Below are positions 44,150 through 63,024 of a stretch of DNA of 64,000 bases, piece by piece. How positions within the stretch are numbered: the stretch's first letter is position 1; every line of letters starts with the position of its first letter. The translations under genes and the position numbers were made by a program. The notes below the pieces were generated by a model. It ran no database searches and was not told the origin of the DNA. It was given only the letters and a program-made list of their open reading frames with translations. The stretch is from the human T2T-CHM13v2.0 reference genome, Homo sapiens, in assembly GCF_009914755.1 (NCBI RefSeq), contig NC_060935.1, one strand, 5' to 3'.

Positions 44150-46560
44150 ACAAGAGAAAGAGCTTAGTAAATTAGCAAAATGTAAAATTGATCTAATAGC
44201 CTTCATATAAGCCAGCAAATCTCCAATTAGAACATTTAAATGGAAGAGAAGATTCCCATTTATGATTTTCAAACATAAAATACCTATTAACCAAATGAGA
44301 AATATGCAAAAACGTCTGTGAGAAAAACTGTAAAACTCCGGAAAGATACAAAAGTAGACTTGAGCACATATGAAGACATATGTGCTCTTAGATAGCAAGA
44401 TTGGAGTGCCTAAAGGTGTCAGTTGTCCAAAAGTTAATTCATAAATTTTACATTGTTCCAATACCTTTCCCTAAATATGTTGACTATAAAGTTTATATGG
44501 AAGATTTAAAAAAAAATTCTAATATAGCAATGAAAACCCTTTTAAAGGAGAACAAATGGAAATGGGGCTAGACCTAGCTACTGGTATAAAATATATCAGG
44601 AAGCTTGTATAATTAAAACCATGTATTATTGATAAATGATTTGTGTAAATGTAGCAAATAAACAGAAAATAGGAAAAATAAAGATAAAGACCCAATGAAA
44701 TGAAAGTAAGATTCAATACGTAATAACAGCACCCCAAAACATTGGAGGAAAAGTAAATTTTTAAATAAATGCCATTTAGACAGTTGTATAGTCTTATGGA
44801 AAATATAAAATTTGATTTTTTTTCTTTTACCATACACTGTCAAAATGTTAACAAATCAAATTATAAAGACAAAAAATTAAGCCATACAAGTATTAAAATC
44901 AACACGATGAATTATTTAATAATTGATGTGAATTTGAATATAAATAGGACTCAAAATCCAGATATGACAAAATTAAAAATTGATAAGTTTGGCAACATGA
45001 AGGAAAAAGAAAGGAAGGAAAGAAAAAAAACCTGTTGTATGGTAATAAATTTCTTAACCAAAATCAGAAGATAAATGATAAAGTGGAGAAAAGGTATACC
45101 TTATACACCAGGCCAAATAAATGTCTCCCATATATAAAGAATACCTAAAAGCTATGAAGAGAAAGATTAATAAAAACATCAAAAAGACAGAAGAAATGTG
45201 CACTGATAAAATTAGACACACAAAAACAGAAATGCAAATAAATGTCCCTTTAATATTTTTAAAAGTTCCATCTTTTTAATGGCCAGGATCCAGTCAGGAG
45301 ACAGAAAACCACACAGTAATTCTAACAGACAAAATTTAATATAGAGAATTATCACCTGGTAGCAGTAAATTAATTATCGAGTGATTGAGAAAAGTCTCAA
45401 GTAAACAGGAAGAATAGATACAGAGCAGCCACTGCCTCTAGAGCTGAAGCAGAACATCCACAGTAGGAAAAAACAAACAAACAAACTAGAAGACCCCCAC
45501 CCCTCCTTTACGGCTCCTTCTGATGTGGTTGTACTGGGTGTTGCTGTGTCCTGCTACATGGCAGGGGCATTCCTTGGCCAGGCCTAGCAAGCAAGAAAGC
45601 ACCCAGTAGGGTTAATTTACCATGTCCAGGTGCAGTAGGACCAAAGCGGGGCAAAGATGGGTAAGTTTGGAGTTGAAAGACAGAAAAAGTTATGAGTAGA
45701 ACAATATTTATTCCTAACAAGAAAAAATACAAATTACAACTAGCTTCTAAGAACATTTTCCACCTTTAAGATCAGCAAAAACAGAGATAGAGGATAGACA
45801 GACAGATAGATAGATAAATGAGAGAGAGAGAAAGAGAGAAATGATAGATAGATAGAGGTAAATTTAGATGGGAAATACAAACCTAGACAATAAACTTTAC
45901 TGGAAAGACCAGGGGAAAGAAGCACACATGCATTGCTTGAGGAGATTTGGCCACATTTAGCAAAACTGCCTATTACATTTCCCTTTCACCCAATAATCCC
46001 TCTTCTAAGAAACCAACCTAGTGATATACTGGACAAAGTAGGGAAAAGCATATGCAGTTAGCTATTTATCATTGCATTTTTTCCTAATAGCAAGATTTCG
46101 ATACCAACTCAAATGTCTAGGAACAGATACCTGATAGACAATGGTATATCCACACAATGGATTATTATGAAGCTGCAAAAATGAAAGAATGATTTTTATA
46201 TGCTGACATAGAGTAAGTTACAGAATATGTGAAAAATTTAAAAATCAATCTGCAATATGGTATAAATGACAACATGTATATAAGAAGTGGAAAATATAAA
46301 TATATATATATGCATCACTTATACTTCAGAAGTAAATAATACATATGTGAATAGAAAAAGATGAAATGGCTAGACTGAGGGAAGTTATGGAGTAAAGAAA
46401 ACAGGGGTATAAATAAGACTCCTGTATGTGTCACTATTGTAAAATTTTCACTTGGAAAACACGTAAATGTTTGCTTTACTTAAAAAGTAAAAAACGAAAA
46501 GACCCAAAAGTTGACTTGAAAACTAACATCTAAAAATATGCGATTATGTCAATGTTATTA
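44150..46560 (+). mobile_element. Ancient L1M (L1ME-like) fragments, interrupted
   Basis: A-rich sequence like degraded ORF2/3'UTR (acccaataatcccttct, atggtatatccacacaatgga); boundaries approximate. Confidence 0.5.
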
Positions 46561-46644
46561 AGAATTAAGTAGTTATCAGAAAAAAAGATTCAGGAATAAA
46601 GACAAAAACTAATAAACAACTTTGTAGGTTTAAAATTTGTGTTT

Positions 46645-47012
<368 letters not shown>

Positions 47013-48717
47013 TCATGTGTGTATGTATATACACATCATGCACACACATACACATGTAAGTATTCCCGCTGTCCACTGAAAAGTTCCATTCCATTTTCTT
47101 TCATTCTAATCTAGATTGTTATTCACTTGGAATAGTGAAATTCAATAATTGAAGTGTTTTTCCTTTATGTCTATGAGCGTACGTTGAAGGATCTTATGAG
47201 ATCCTAAGCAAACTCTTGATTGTATTTTCTCTAGGAAATTAATTGAGGATATTTTTCAGTGCATCACACAGTAAACTCTATGTGAGGACGCATAGAAGAA
47301 ATGCCTCTCAAGTCAAATAGCATTTCCTAAGTGGTTTTCAATTGTACAGGCAATGAGAATCTTAAAACTGCTCTTTTTTCCTAGTGTTTTTGTTCTTTTG
47401 TGTTTGCTTCACAATGGAAATTTGGAACAAATTTGTATGTTACCTCTTGAAATTTACAAAAAAATGCATAAAAATTTTTACTCACTTAATCCCATTTTTT
47501 GGTTTAATATTTGAATCTTATCTTTCCTTCATTCTATTTTCCTCAAGAATATATACGATGAGATCAAAAATGAAAACTTTTGTCAAGGTGCCCTAAATTC
47601 TTTCCTTGGGTGAGAATCTTAGCCCTGTGGATGTTGATCTTCTCATCCTTCTTATAAAAGGAGTAAAAGCATGAATGTGATACACAGATGGGTGTTTTTG
47701 TTCTATCTACCTCACTAAGCTGTGTAACTCTAGAAATGGGAAGTAACTCTCAGTCACTCACTTTATCTATAAAGAAGAAATTCACTAATTTTATCTGAAA
47801 CCAGAGACATTAGCCCCAAAACATTCAATTGATCACATGTGTGAAGCAGCCCTACAGCATCTCTAGTGAATAAAAGTTCTTTAAAAATGTTAATTTCCTT
47901 TCGCTGTCCACAAAAATAGGCTCTCAAACAAGATTAAATCTTATTAATTTGTCTTACAATGTTCAATTCCAGATGTATGTCCCTATGCCAGATTCATATA
48001 CATTTTTTTAATTAGAAATAACTTTTCATGTATTTGTTCTTTAATAATTATAGCAATACATAATGTTTTAGTAATTATTTATGGAAGTAAGTTATTTATA
48101 ATTTTTTCAAGTTACTAAAGAGAATGTTACTAGATATTAGAACAGCCTCACATGTGATAGGATAGAGCGCTCCTCCAGAAATTACCCTAAGATGTCATTT
48201 TCCACAATTTTTTTTGTTGTTGTTAATGACCAAGGAGTAAGAAAGACTGCAAATTTGTCTCCAGTTCCCTAGAGTGTTTATTATAGATCTTCATTAAAGA
48301 TCTTGTATTTATAGATGCCTCCACACTGTTAAATATCTAAAACTTTTTTTATTTATGGATGTCTCCACACTGTTAAATAGCTGAAATTTTCAACTGTTCT
48401 CTCGTCCATCTGATTGAAAAAGAGTGGATTCTATAGGTTCCTTCATTTGTAGAAAGATGATTTATGCTTTCCTAGCAATGAACAATATAGAACATCTCCT
48501 CCAACGTCCATATACTCAATATTCTCTTAGTAAAAACTGAGATTCTAGGAAAAAAGTTGATAGCCAGAAGCAGCTGGCATTGTCTTGTCCCACCAGTTCA
48601 TCCTCGAGAAACATCAATGCTTAGTTGTCTATAGTGATTATTACTGACATTACTAACAAATCCCCACTTTAGTGTATGTTTTGTATACCTACAGCTTTTC
48701 TGGTTGACACTTTTCTA

Positions 48718-49011
48718 GTGTTTGTTTGTGACGAGGTCTGGCTCTGTAACCCAGGCTGAAATGCAATGGCACAATCTCAGTTCACTGCAGCCTTGACTTC
48801 CTGGACTCCAGTGATCCTCCCATCTCAGCCCCCCTAGTAACTGGAGACCGCAGGTGGACACCACTATGCCCAGCTAATTTTTGTATTTTTCTGGTAGAGT
48901 CAGGGTTTCACCATGTTGTCTAGACTGGTCTTGAATCCTGGGTTCAACTGATCCTTGCATCCCAGCCTCCCAAAGTGCTAGGATTATAGACGTGAGCCAC
49001 TGCACTGGGCC
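48718..49011 (-). mobile_element. AluJ
   Basis: gaggtctggctctgtaacccaggctg...gcagccttgacttcctggactccagtgatcctcc. Confidence 0.88.
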
Positions 49012-49030
49012 TTTAGCTGTTTCTTATCTA

Positions 49031-52825
<3,795 letters not shown>

Positions 52826-53024
52826 TCAAAGAACCCTGTCAGTGCCTCAGCAAAAAGAAAAGCCTGAGTGAAATTTCAATGATCCTTTTTCATTTTGATT
52901 AGAAACAGAAAGAAGTTCTTCAATCTGCTAGTGAATGAAATCAAAAATTCCTCTTTGCCAAAGGAAGCACCTGAAGTTTCTTTTATGTAAAAATTAAAAG
53001 AAAATATAAACTAATTGTGTCTGT

Positions 53025-53305
53025 TTTTTAATTTTTAAGGTCAGGGTACATGTGCAGGTTTGTTACGTAGGTAAACTTAAATCACAAGTATTTGTTGTAC
53101 AGATTATTTCATCAGCCAGATGATAAGCCGAGTATCCTTTAGTTATTTTTCTTGATCCTCTCCCTTCTCCCACCCTCCATCAGGGTGTGTTGTTCCCCTC
53201 TATGGGTCCATGTGTTCTCATCATTTAGCTCCCACTTATAAGTGAGAACATGTGGTATTTGGTGCTCTGTCCCTGCGTTAGTTTGCTAAGGATATTGGCC
53301 TGCAG
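53025..53305 (-). mobile_element. Older L1PA/PB 3' end
   Basis: cagggtacatgtgcaggtttgttacgtagg...cccacttataagtgagaacatg. Confidence 0.8.
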
Positions 53306-55428
53306 TTTATGGAAAATGACCGGAAACACCAGAAAGTTCATGGTGACAGGTATATAGAACTCTGAATTACTGCTTTTTAATTTATGCTTCTTCATTTTCT
53401 TCATAGGTAAATGTTGGTTTCTCCAAGGAACTTCAATAAGACTTTGTTTGTGGTAGCTCTTTTATGCCACCTGAAATTATTTTTAAAAAGCTTTACTGAG
53501 TTATAAATGATACACAGATAACTACACATATTTTATGTGTACAATTTGTTGAATTTAGACATAAGCAAACACCCATGATATCAACACCACGATCAAGGTA
53601 ATAGAAATATCTAACACCACCCAGGATTTCCCTGTGTTCTTTTATTTTTGTTTTTAATTAGAAATAACTCTGTATTTATTTCTTTCTAAGCATTATAGCA
53701 ATACATATATGTCAGTTCATAAAACACAGAAAGTAACCTCTTTCAAATGACTTTCAGGCACCATCAAAAAGACTTTTCTCAACTACTCCCTAATTCTCAT
53801 TATGTAGGCATCTTTGGGTTGCACAAAACACCCCATGCAGTGCTTCTCACTAAGTCAATCATCACTAGAATGCTTTACAAAATTCCCCTGCGTTTCCTTC
53901 TTTTATCATTCAATTTGAAGGAGAAGAGAGTGAAATTCCTTGGAGGATCACAGTTCATCAAACCTTTGTGTTTCCTGTGAGTGCATAAAGTACTTCTGGG
54001 AATTGTTTGTGACACTTAAATACCTCCTGCACACAGGAGTGAGGGTGGGATGAGCTAGTAGCTCAGACAACAACCAGATTGATTCACCGTGTTTCGATTC
54101 TTCTCAGAATATATCTTTGGTACAACCCATCAAAGAAGGGGAACACTCAACCTCTCACCAACAGGTAGAAAGCAGGTCAGGACGTAGGTCTGAATGTAGA
54201 AAGCGATGTGACCTGTTGGGGGGAGTGTTATGCTGCCCAGTGCCCCTTTGAGCATGGGTTATTCTTGGCACAAGGTCCCTGCCATTTTAGCATTTCAAAA
54301 AAAGACAAAACCATGAGTTTGGCTTTTAGGATATCTCGTTACAAGTATAAATTCAAAAAATGCTAGGAATGGAAGATTCTACAGAGTTTGTATTCGCCAC
54401 CCCATCTGTATTACAGATAAGGAAGGTGCATCTAATGTGTCAATTTACTGAGATCAAACAATTTATTCTTTAAAAAACATAGGACTATAACCAGGATCTC
54501 CAGACTCTTGCTCCACTATTCTTTTCATATGAACTTGAAAAAGCAAGTGATACATAGAAATCTAAAGTACATTTTTCCTTTATTTCCATAACAGAATACT
54601 TGTGCTGGTCTTTTGTTAAATATTTGAGTTTATTATTAACAAAGGAATATGCTTATTTGCTGAATATTCTACCGTTTCTTTAAGAGTCTAATGGGCTGAA
54701 CGTTGGCTACATGGGACCAAAAAGAAAAGTGTAGAGGTTTTCTTTCCTTTTGTCTTAGTCAAGCTCAATTTTGAATATTACAACCTTGTCTCTAAATATC
54801 ATTTAATGGAATTACTACAGAATTAAATTTATGTCTCCCTAAAAGTTCAGGCAGTTCGTGATACATTCTCTCTAAGGAATAAGCATGAAACATTTTTTCT
54901 AGAAATTATGAGTGCATGCTCATCTAATAAATTAAAACATCTATACTTGCACACAATTGACAATTGCATTAAGCACCTAACACATGATGTCACTAAATTC
55001 AGCCCTTTTTATATATTCTAATCAATTTTTACAGAAAGCTATTAAGGGAGGCATTATTAGTCTCAAGGAACAAATGAAAAATTATGACTCCGAGAAGCTA
55101 AGTATTGTGCTGGAAATCAGGAGTAGCAGATGGTAAAACCTGAAATTGTCTGTCCACTATAAATGAGAACAGGCAGGATGCTTTATGGCTGATGAAGCAC
55201 CTTCTCATACACTGCTTTATTTAACCAGAGCCTCGAATCTACAAGGGAGGAAGGAATTATCTGATAATTACATTTTCCAATCAAATGAAATGGATTGACT
55301 GGCACATACCCAGCTGTGGATTAGAGTCCTGATTCCTAGTGCTTCTTACAAGGTTATCTCTTACTCCTTTAAATATTGCAATCTGGTATCTGCATTTTAA
55401 TTAGTGTCTGAATCTGTTTCCTCATCTA

Positions 55429-55763
<335 letters not shown>

Positions 55764-56159
55764 AAAGTATAAGTATAAGGTTGGCTAGATAGGTCCTTTT
55801 TCAACAATAGGATTATTTTTTCTCTTGCTAAAAGTTGAAGAACATGCTGAAAAATATCAGATCATTTTTCGTTTTTTTTGTGGTTGTTGTTTGTTTTTTT
55901 CGTTTTTCCTGGTAGGTTATTTTAAAATTCCTGCATGAAGAAACAAGGGGAAAATGAATACAATGAATACAGCACTACATAGGGAACTGGTAGTCCCAAA
56001 TTCAATGGCTGATCCTGCAACTCACAGAATCAGCAAGTGACTTTGTCAGTCCCCTCAGCCTAGGTTTTTATTTCCTCATCAATTTAACCTATGAAGAGAT
56101 GTCTGCATTCACATGTAGTGAGAAATAGCTGAACTGCAGTAGGGACAAATATTCTCTTC

Positions 56160-57015
56160 TTTTTTTGTAGCAGCTTTATTCAGGTATAACTGACATGCAA
56201 CAAATTAAATATGTTTGAAATATAAAATGTGATATGTCTTAATATATGTATACACTCACAAAACCGTTATCACCTGCAAAATAGTAAATAAATCCATTAC
56301 CCCCAAAAGTTTCCTCATGCCTCTTGATACTCCCTCCCCTCTGCTCCACCTCACACATATCTCTATCCAGGTGACTATTGATCTGCCTCCTGTCAATATT
56401 AATTATCTTACACTTTCTAGATTTTTACAAATGAAATCATAAAAGTTATCTTTTTTATCTGGCTGTTTTCTCTCAGTCTAATTATTTGGAGATTCATCTA
56501 ACACATTGCATGTGTCAATAATCTGATTCTTTTAATCATTAATTAGCATTTCATTTTATGGACATACCCCAATTTACTTACCCTGTCACTTATGTACAGT
56601 TAGGCTGTTTGCAGGGTTATTTAATGACTGAATCATAGAGTTGGTATGCATATTTTTGAGTTTATAAGAAACTATGAAACAGTTTTCCAAAGTGGTTGTA
56701 CTACTTTACATTTCTACCAATAACGATAAAATTTCCAATTACTACATTTCCTTGTCAACACTTGGTATAGTCAGTCTTTTAAAATTTTAATCATTAGTGT
56801 GTAACATTATTTTATTGTGTTTTTAACTTGTATTCCCCTAATGAATATTTGAGCATTTTTACGCAATTATTTGTGATTCAGTGATCTCCTTTGGTGAGTA
56901 TCTATTGAAATTTTTGACCAATTCTTATTGGATTGTCTGATTTCTTATTATTAGGTATTAAAATGTCTTTGTATGTTATGGATACAAGTTTTTTAAATCA
57001 GAAATATGTCTTTTT
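56160..57015 (-). mobile_element. L1MB/MC 3' region
   Basis: gctttattcaggtataactgaca...gttttccaaagtggttgtac...cttgtcaacacttggtat. Confidence 0.7.
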
Positions 57016-57693
57016 TAATTTCTCTTGTGCCACTCAGTAACTCTGGCTTTTTAAAAATTATCATTTACTGTGTTTTCTTATATGTCTGATCTTCTGTTCC
57101 AAGTATTTCACTTTCTGTATATGTGTGATGTGTTATACTTTGAGGTCCTCGTGTCACTTATTTTCCTATCTATGTCTACCTGTAATGAAAATTAAAGTTT
57201 ATTCATTATCTGAATTTATATTTGCTTTCTTTTAGAAAGAAGAAATATCCACACTGTTCTTCTTTACTCATTAATAAGACACACAATTGTGCAGACTGAG
57301 TCAAACATCTAGTATCATGTGATAAATGACCCCGGAGCACCAAGGTCATTGAAGAAGCAGAACTTGCCATTCCCAAGAAGTTAACACCTCCTCATGCTGT
57401 CAGTGGGCACATGGAGAGGACACATCACCATTTTAACAAAGCATTTGAGTTATTCTATTGGTCATAGAATCTAATTACTGGAAAGATTTTTATGAATCAT
57501 CCTAAACAAAGCCTTCATTTACTGTAGAACTATATGTATACACATATACACAATAGATAAATATATATATATATATGTATATTGCAATATCTCTGGCATA
57601 TGATTGCTCGTCTTTAGTTTGAATATTTTCAGTGACAGGGAATTTACTACATCCATCAAAAAACTAAATCCAGGCACACATACACTTGAAGCA

Positions 57694-58626
57694 ATGGATA
57701 AAGAAAACAGCTCAATGGTGACTGAGTTTATCTTCATGGGCATCACCCAGGACCCTCAGATGGAGATCATCTTCTTCGTGGTCTTCCTCATAGTTTACCT
57801 GGTTAATGTAGTGGGGAATATTGGTATGATTATCCTGATTACAACAGACACTCAGCTTCACACACCCATGTATTTTTTCCTCTGCAACCTCTCCTTTGTT
57901 GACCTGGGCTACTCCTCAGCCATTGCCCCCAGGATGCTGGCTGACTTCCTAACAAATCACAAAGTTATCTCCTTCTCCAGCTGTGCCACCCAGTTTGCTT
58001 TTTTTGTAGGTTTTGTGGATGCTGAGTGCTATGTCCTGGCAGCCATGGCCTATGGTCGTTTTGTGGCCATTTGTCGACCCCTCCACTATAGCACCTTCAT
58101 GTCCAAGCAGGTCTGCTTGGCTCTCATGCTGGGCTCTTACCTGGCTGGTCTAGTGAGTTTAGTAGCCCACACTACCCTCACCTTCAGCCTGAGTTACTGT
58201 GGTTCCAATATCATCAATCATTTCTTCTGCGAAATCCCACCACTCTTGGCCCTCTCTTGCTCAGACACCTACATCAGTGAGATCTTGCTCTTCAGTCTGT
58301 GTGGCTTCATTGAATTCAGCACCATCCTCATCATCTTCATCTCCTATACCTTTATCCTTGTTGCAATCATCAGAATGCGTTCAGCTGAAGGCCGCCTTAA
58401 GGCTTTCTCCACCTGCGGGTCTCACCTTACTGGCATCACCCTCTTCTATGGCACAGTCATGTTTATGTACCTGAGGCCAACATCCAGCTACTCCCTGGAC
58501 CAAGACAAGTGGGCCTCTGTGTTCTACACGGTTATCATCCCCATGTTAAATCCCTTGATCTACAGTTTGCGGAACAAGGATGTGAAAGCTGCTTTCAAAA
58601 AGCTAATTGGAAAAAAATCTCAATAA
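57694..58626 (+). CDS. OR5AR1: Olfactory receptor family 5 subfamily AR, 310 aa (MDKENSS...)
   Basis: Intact 933-bp ORF from ATG 57694; [45 protein letters not shown]. Confidence 0.93.
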   Translation: MDKENSSMVTEFIFMGITQDPQMEIIFFVVFLIVYLVNVVGNIGMIILITTDTQLHTPMYFFLCNLSFVDLGYSSAIAPRMLADFLTNHKVISFSSCATQFAFFVGFVDAECYVLAAMAYGRFVAICRPLHYSTFMSKQVCLALMLGSYLAGLVSLVAHTTLTFSLSYCGSNIINHFFCEIPPLLALSCSDTYISEILLFSLCGFIEFSTILIIFISYTFILVAIIRMRSAEGRLKAFSTCGSHLTGITLFYGTVMFMYLRPTSSYSLDQDKWASVFYTVIIPMLNPLIYSLRNKDVKAAFKKLIGKKSQ

Positions 58627-60454
58627 TAACACAAAATGAAAATCTGTTTCTGTCATAGGTAAATGACAGTAGTAGAAGGGCATAGAAAATGCAAATAACT
58701 TTTCGATAAACACTACCCAAGTTACCATCTCCTTGCTAAGTGAATATTAAATTCTGAAGGGTGGGCTCTAATCCTTAACTCTGCAATCTGAAAGAAATAT
58801 AAACTAAATTAGTATATTTGAAAGACATACTGGGCAAAATACATTCATTTCTTATTTAAAGTTGGTTCACATATTAATTAGAAACTGGGACAGGACTCAG
58901 TAAGAGAAAGAAATAGTCAATAACTCTGAACAATTTTTTTTCCCCTGGGGTCATGAGGAATGCCAGGTCCAAATGTTGAAATTTTTTTTACTCTCAAAAG
59001 AAGTCAGAGAAAATGTAGTTAAAAACATGGAGAATGAGGCTGGTGTGAGGGACAATGTAACTCAGTCTGAGTTCTATCCATTCATATATTTAGCAAAAAA
59101 TTTTAAGTGTTATGTATGTGCCAGGTTCTAGAGGATATAAACACAAGGCTTTTTGCCAACAAGGAGTTTGCTGTGCTTCCAGTGACTGTATTGTCTCTCT
59201 GAATCTGCTGTCACTGGTAACAAATCAGTGACTATGCGAAGTCCAAGGATAAGAGCCAGATATTTAAGTTCTGCTGGTGACTAGCTATAATCAGGGAATA
59301 AAATCGTCTTCTTTTTCTGTCCTCAGCTTTCCCTTTAGTGGGTCAAGTGGGTGGGTTCAACTAATAACCACAGGATTTCTTTGACCTTCTCTACCTAATG
59401 TTAAAAAGGAGTAGGCATCATAGTTTTGTCAACTGTATATATTGACATCTTCTTGGCCCTCAGAGGAAATCCAATAATTCTGGGGCTCTAAGAAAGATAA
59501 AGCTGGATGCAATCTCTAAGGCTGATTTTAGCAAGATTGTTATGTCTACAAGGTTAGCTTACCTGCTCCCATCTAAAATTAGTACTGTCTTGTATCTTAA
59601 TTAGACCCTAGCTTTCCCTGGGATGCCATGGGTCTCCATGCCCTTCACCAGCATCAGCAGGCCCTTTTCAAAGAACAGTCTCATTAATCCTGATGTAGGA
59701 ATGACTAACAAGAAAAAATTATATAATTTTTATTCACATGTTCTAAAGGCTACAAAATATTCAATTGAAAACAAGAATGTCAGGTATCAGCAGCAGATTG
59801 AGATCTTGGATAAGCTAACATTTTCCCAGATGTGCTGAAATTCTGTCACAATAACAGTTTTGAATACTTGTAATCAATCATCTTTCTATTTCAACCCTTC
59901 CTCCAGTGTAACATAGTTAAAAGTCAGGGAAACACAATGGTTGCCTTAAAGTATAGAGCTGCCATATTCATCATGAAAGGCACTGAAGAGTTTTTAAGAT
60001 AAAAAACCTAGGATTTACTGGGGTTTATCTGTACACAAGTTGTAATTGATCTAGTTTAAAATTAGTCACATCATAACTCATTTTGGGGAAAGAACCACCT
60101 GCAGCTAATGCACAGATACAGAGTTGACAGTTCAGAAACAGTCCAGCTCTAGCCTTCAGTTTCTTTTTTTCACCATTGTGAAAATCATGTATGCTCTGTG
60201 AAATGTAAGAAAAAAAAGGGCTTTCCTATCCCATTAACTACAAACCAAGGGTATGTTATAATTGAAAGAGCAATTGCCTTAGAATCAGGAATCTTGGAAT
60301 CCCATTGCTAAGTCTCTAATCAGTGACCTTGTGGCTACAGGGCTAACTTTTCTCATTTCCTGTACTCACACAATAAACAAACCACTTTAAATCTTATTAA
60401 ATTCATATAATGATCATTTGAAGTAGACATTATCCTCATTTTATTTATTTTAAG

Positions 60455-60807
60455 TTATTATTTTTTATTTATTTTTAATTTTTGTGGGTACATAGTAGGT
60501 GTACATATTTATGGCTTACATGAGATGTTTTGATACAGACATGCAATGTGAAATAAGCATGTCATGAAGAATGGAGTATCCATCCCCTCAAGTATTTATC
60601 CTTTGAGTTACAAATAATCAAATTACATTCTTTAAGTTATTTCAAAATACACAATTAAGTTATTATTGACTACGGTCACCCTATTGTGCTATTAAATAAT
60701 AGGTCTTATTCATTCTTTTCTGTTTACTATTCAGCCATAAAAAAAAAAAGAATGAGATCCAGTCATTTGCAAAAACATGGATGGAATTGGAGATCATTGC
60801 GTTAAAT
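60455..60807 (-). mobile_element. L1MA 3' end with an inverted upstream segment
   Basis: Antisense L1MA 3'UTR 60455-60722 joined to sense tactattcagccataaaaa...gaatgagatccagtcatttgca 60725-60807. Confidence 0.7.
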
Positions 60808-63024
60808 AATGAATTGCTAAAAAGCAAATATTTACTTCCACTTGTTTTATATATTTATAAAAGCTAAGCGCCCTTATGAGAAGGGTTTCGCAATGTTTTC
60901 TGCATTTTCAATTCATTCATTTTTAGAATGAATTTCATCATTACCTCTTGGGTAAGATGGGCTAATAATATTGTGAATCAAAAAATAAATGTTTTAATTG
61001 AATATACATTTAGATATTTTGTGTTTTTTTAAAACTAATACAATATGTTTCTGAATTATAAATAGTTAACTGCTAAACATGCTTGTTTATTTGATAATGT
61101 CTGAGAGAATTTTAAATGTTACTTTTACTTTTAATAAAATGTTCAAAAGGAAATTTGTTAAACTATATATTTCTATTCCTACTTTACATATTAATCAAAT
61201 ATAAAATATATCGAGTCATCCATAAAGCAAGGTGAATATAAAAAGCAACAACAAAGAAAAAAAACTACTGTGTAAAGAATTTGATTATTTGGCTAGTGAT
61301 TTTGCTTTTAGCTTTTGAAATATTTTTAATTTTAAGTCAGTGATGTCTACTCTACCTATGCAATTAGATATGTCTTATTTACTGTTTATATATGATCTTT
61401 ATATTTAGTTAGAAAAAAATTGTTTCATTTTAGTTGTTGGATATATCTGAAAGATGAACTTTAAAAAAAAATTTTACTCTACATTGTTGAATAAACCAGT
61501 GAGAAACTTTTAGAGTTTGTCTCTAATTTAATAATGTGTAAATCACAGACCATATTAATTAAATATTAATAATATTAATCATTTATTAATTTTATTAATA
61601 CTAAATTATATTTAGCTACTCTTCTACTTCAAAGAATAATTTTCCTTCAACATACTGGCTGAAAAGCATCAAAATGCTGGAAATGCTCTTTTTCACAAAT
61701 GTGTGCTGCTAGTTAAGGTCCACCACACACCACACAGAAAAATCTGATGAAAACGTTAGCTGTGCTGTATCATTCTTCTTCAGAATACTTACATTTTACT
61801 AAGAATAAGCCTCTACTGCTCCCCACAGTCCCTCAGCCTTGCATGGGCTAGCAGCTGCTTCCCCAGCCAGACCTCCAATGCTCTGGTTTATTTCCTCAAA
61901 GGCAGCACCACTCTTTTACATCTCCAGTTTTGGTCCAACATCTCCTTACTAAGAAAGACCTCAATCTTTCTCTTATATCTCTTTCTGGTCCTTGCATGCA
62001 ACCTCCTCAGAGGAGGACATCTTACCTATTGCCTATTACTGCCTCTTGAAAATTATTTCTTTATTACAGCTATCAAAATTTGTCAATTTATGTATAATGT
62101 ATATAACATAGACAATAAGTATATGACATATATATGCTTTGAGGAAAAGACACATTTCTATTCTGTTTAACATTATATTACATAGTCATACAATAATAGG
62201 CTATCAATGAATAAATGAATCCTTTAACATGTTAATTAATATGTGACCAAATCTTCTGCTTCTGATCATTGCCATCCTCTTGTATACACAATTAGTCTAA
62301 GGTCACCAGGAACAAACTTATACATAGACAAATTAAGATGCTTCTGACCCATTTCAAAGATAGGGAACACACATCAGGAGAACCATGGACTATTTCTTCA
62401 AACACAGGAAGAAATAGAGCTATCACAGGATTTGTAGGAAGAAATGAGTTTAGGTGAAATTTAAATGAAGCAATATTTTGATAGAATATTACAAAGTAGG
62501 ATACGCAAAGGGAACAATGATAAGTCCAAACCAAAAAGTAGATGCGGGGTCTTGTTTTCCTGGAAACTACAAAATTAACACAGATGCGGACTGTTGCATT
62601 AAAAAACCTTTAATCTGAATTCCTGCACCTGAGTTGGAAATTGAGATTTCTCCTCTGGATCAAAGTGACTTGGATTCTCAAGCACAGAGAAAAATATTTC
62701 ACCTCACTGACAAAATTTCAAAAAATTAATTTCAGATAGTCTGTGACTTTAAAGAAACAGGTGTTTTGTTTTGTTTTGTTTTGTTTTTCAGTGAGTAACA
62801 TAAGAGCAGTAGCTCAATGAAAGGAGTTGTTTGGACACATTAAAGCCCTGCCATGTGCTTGGAGGAAACATTTTTTTCTGCTGAATTTACACCTGGGTTT
62901 ATGTGTCCTTTATAAATGGCAGGGCAGATGTTGACTGTCTAAGCTACTTTTTACTCTATCACTTCATAATCAGAAGGTAATTATGTTAGATTAAGAGTGA
63001 AGGTTAGTGTCTCATTAACAGCTG

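Noticed and set aside
57604-57693. 30-aa N-terminal extension of OR5AR1 (and the 10-aa extension of OR5M1 at 7483-7512)
   Set aside because: Both begin at TTG codons and run through probable intron/acceptor sequence
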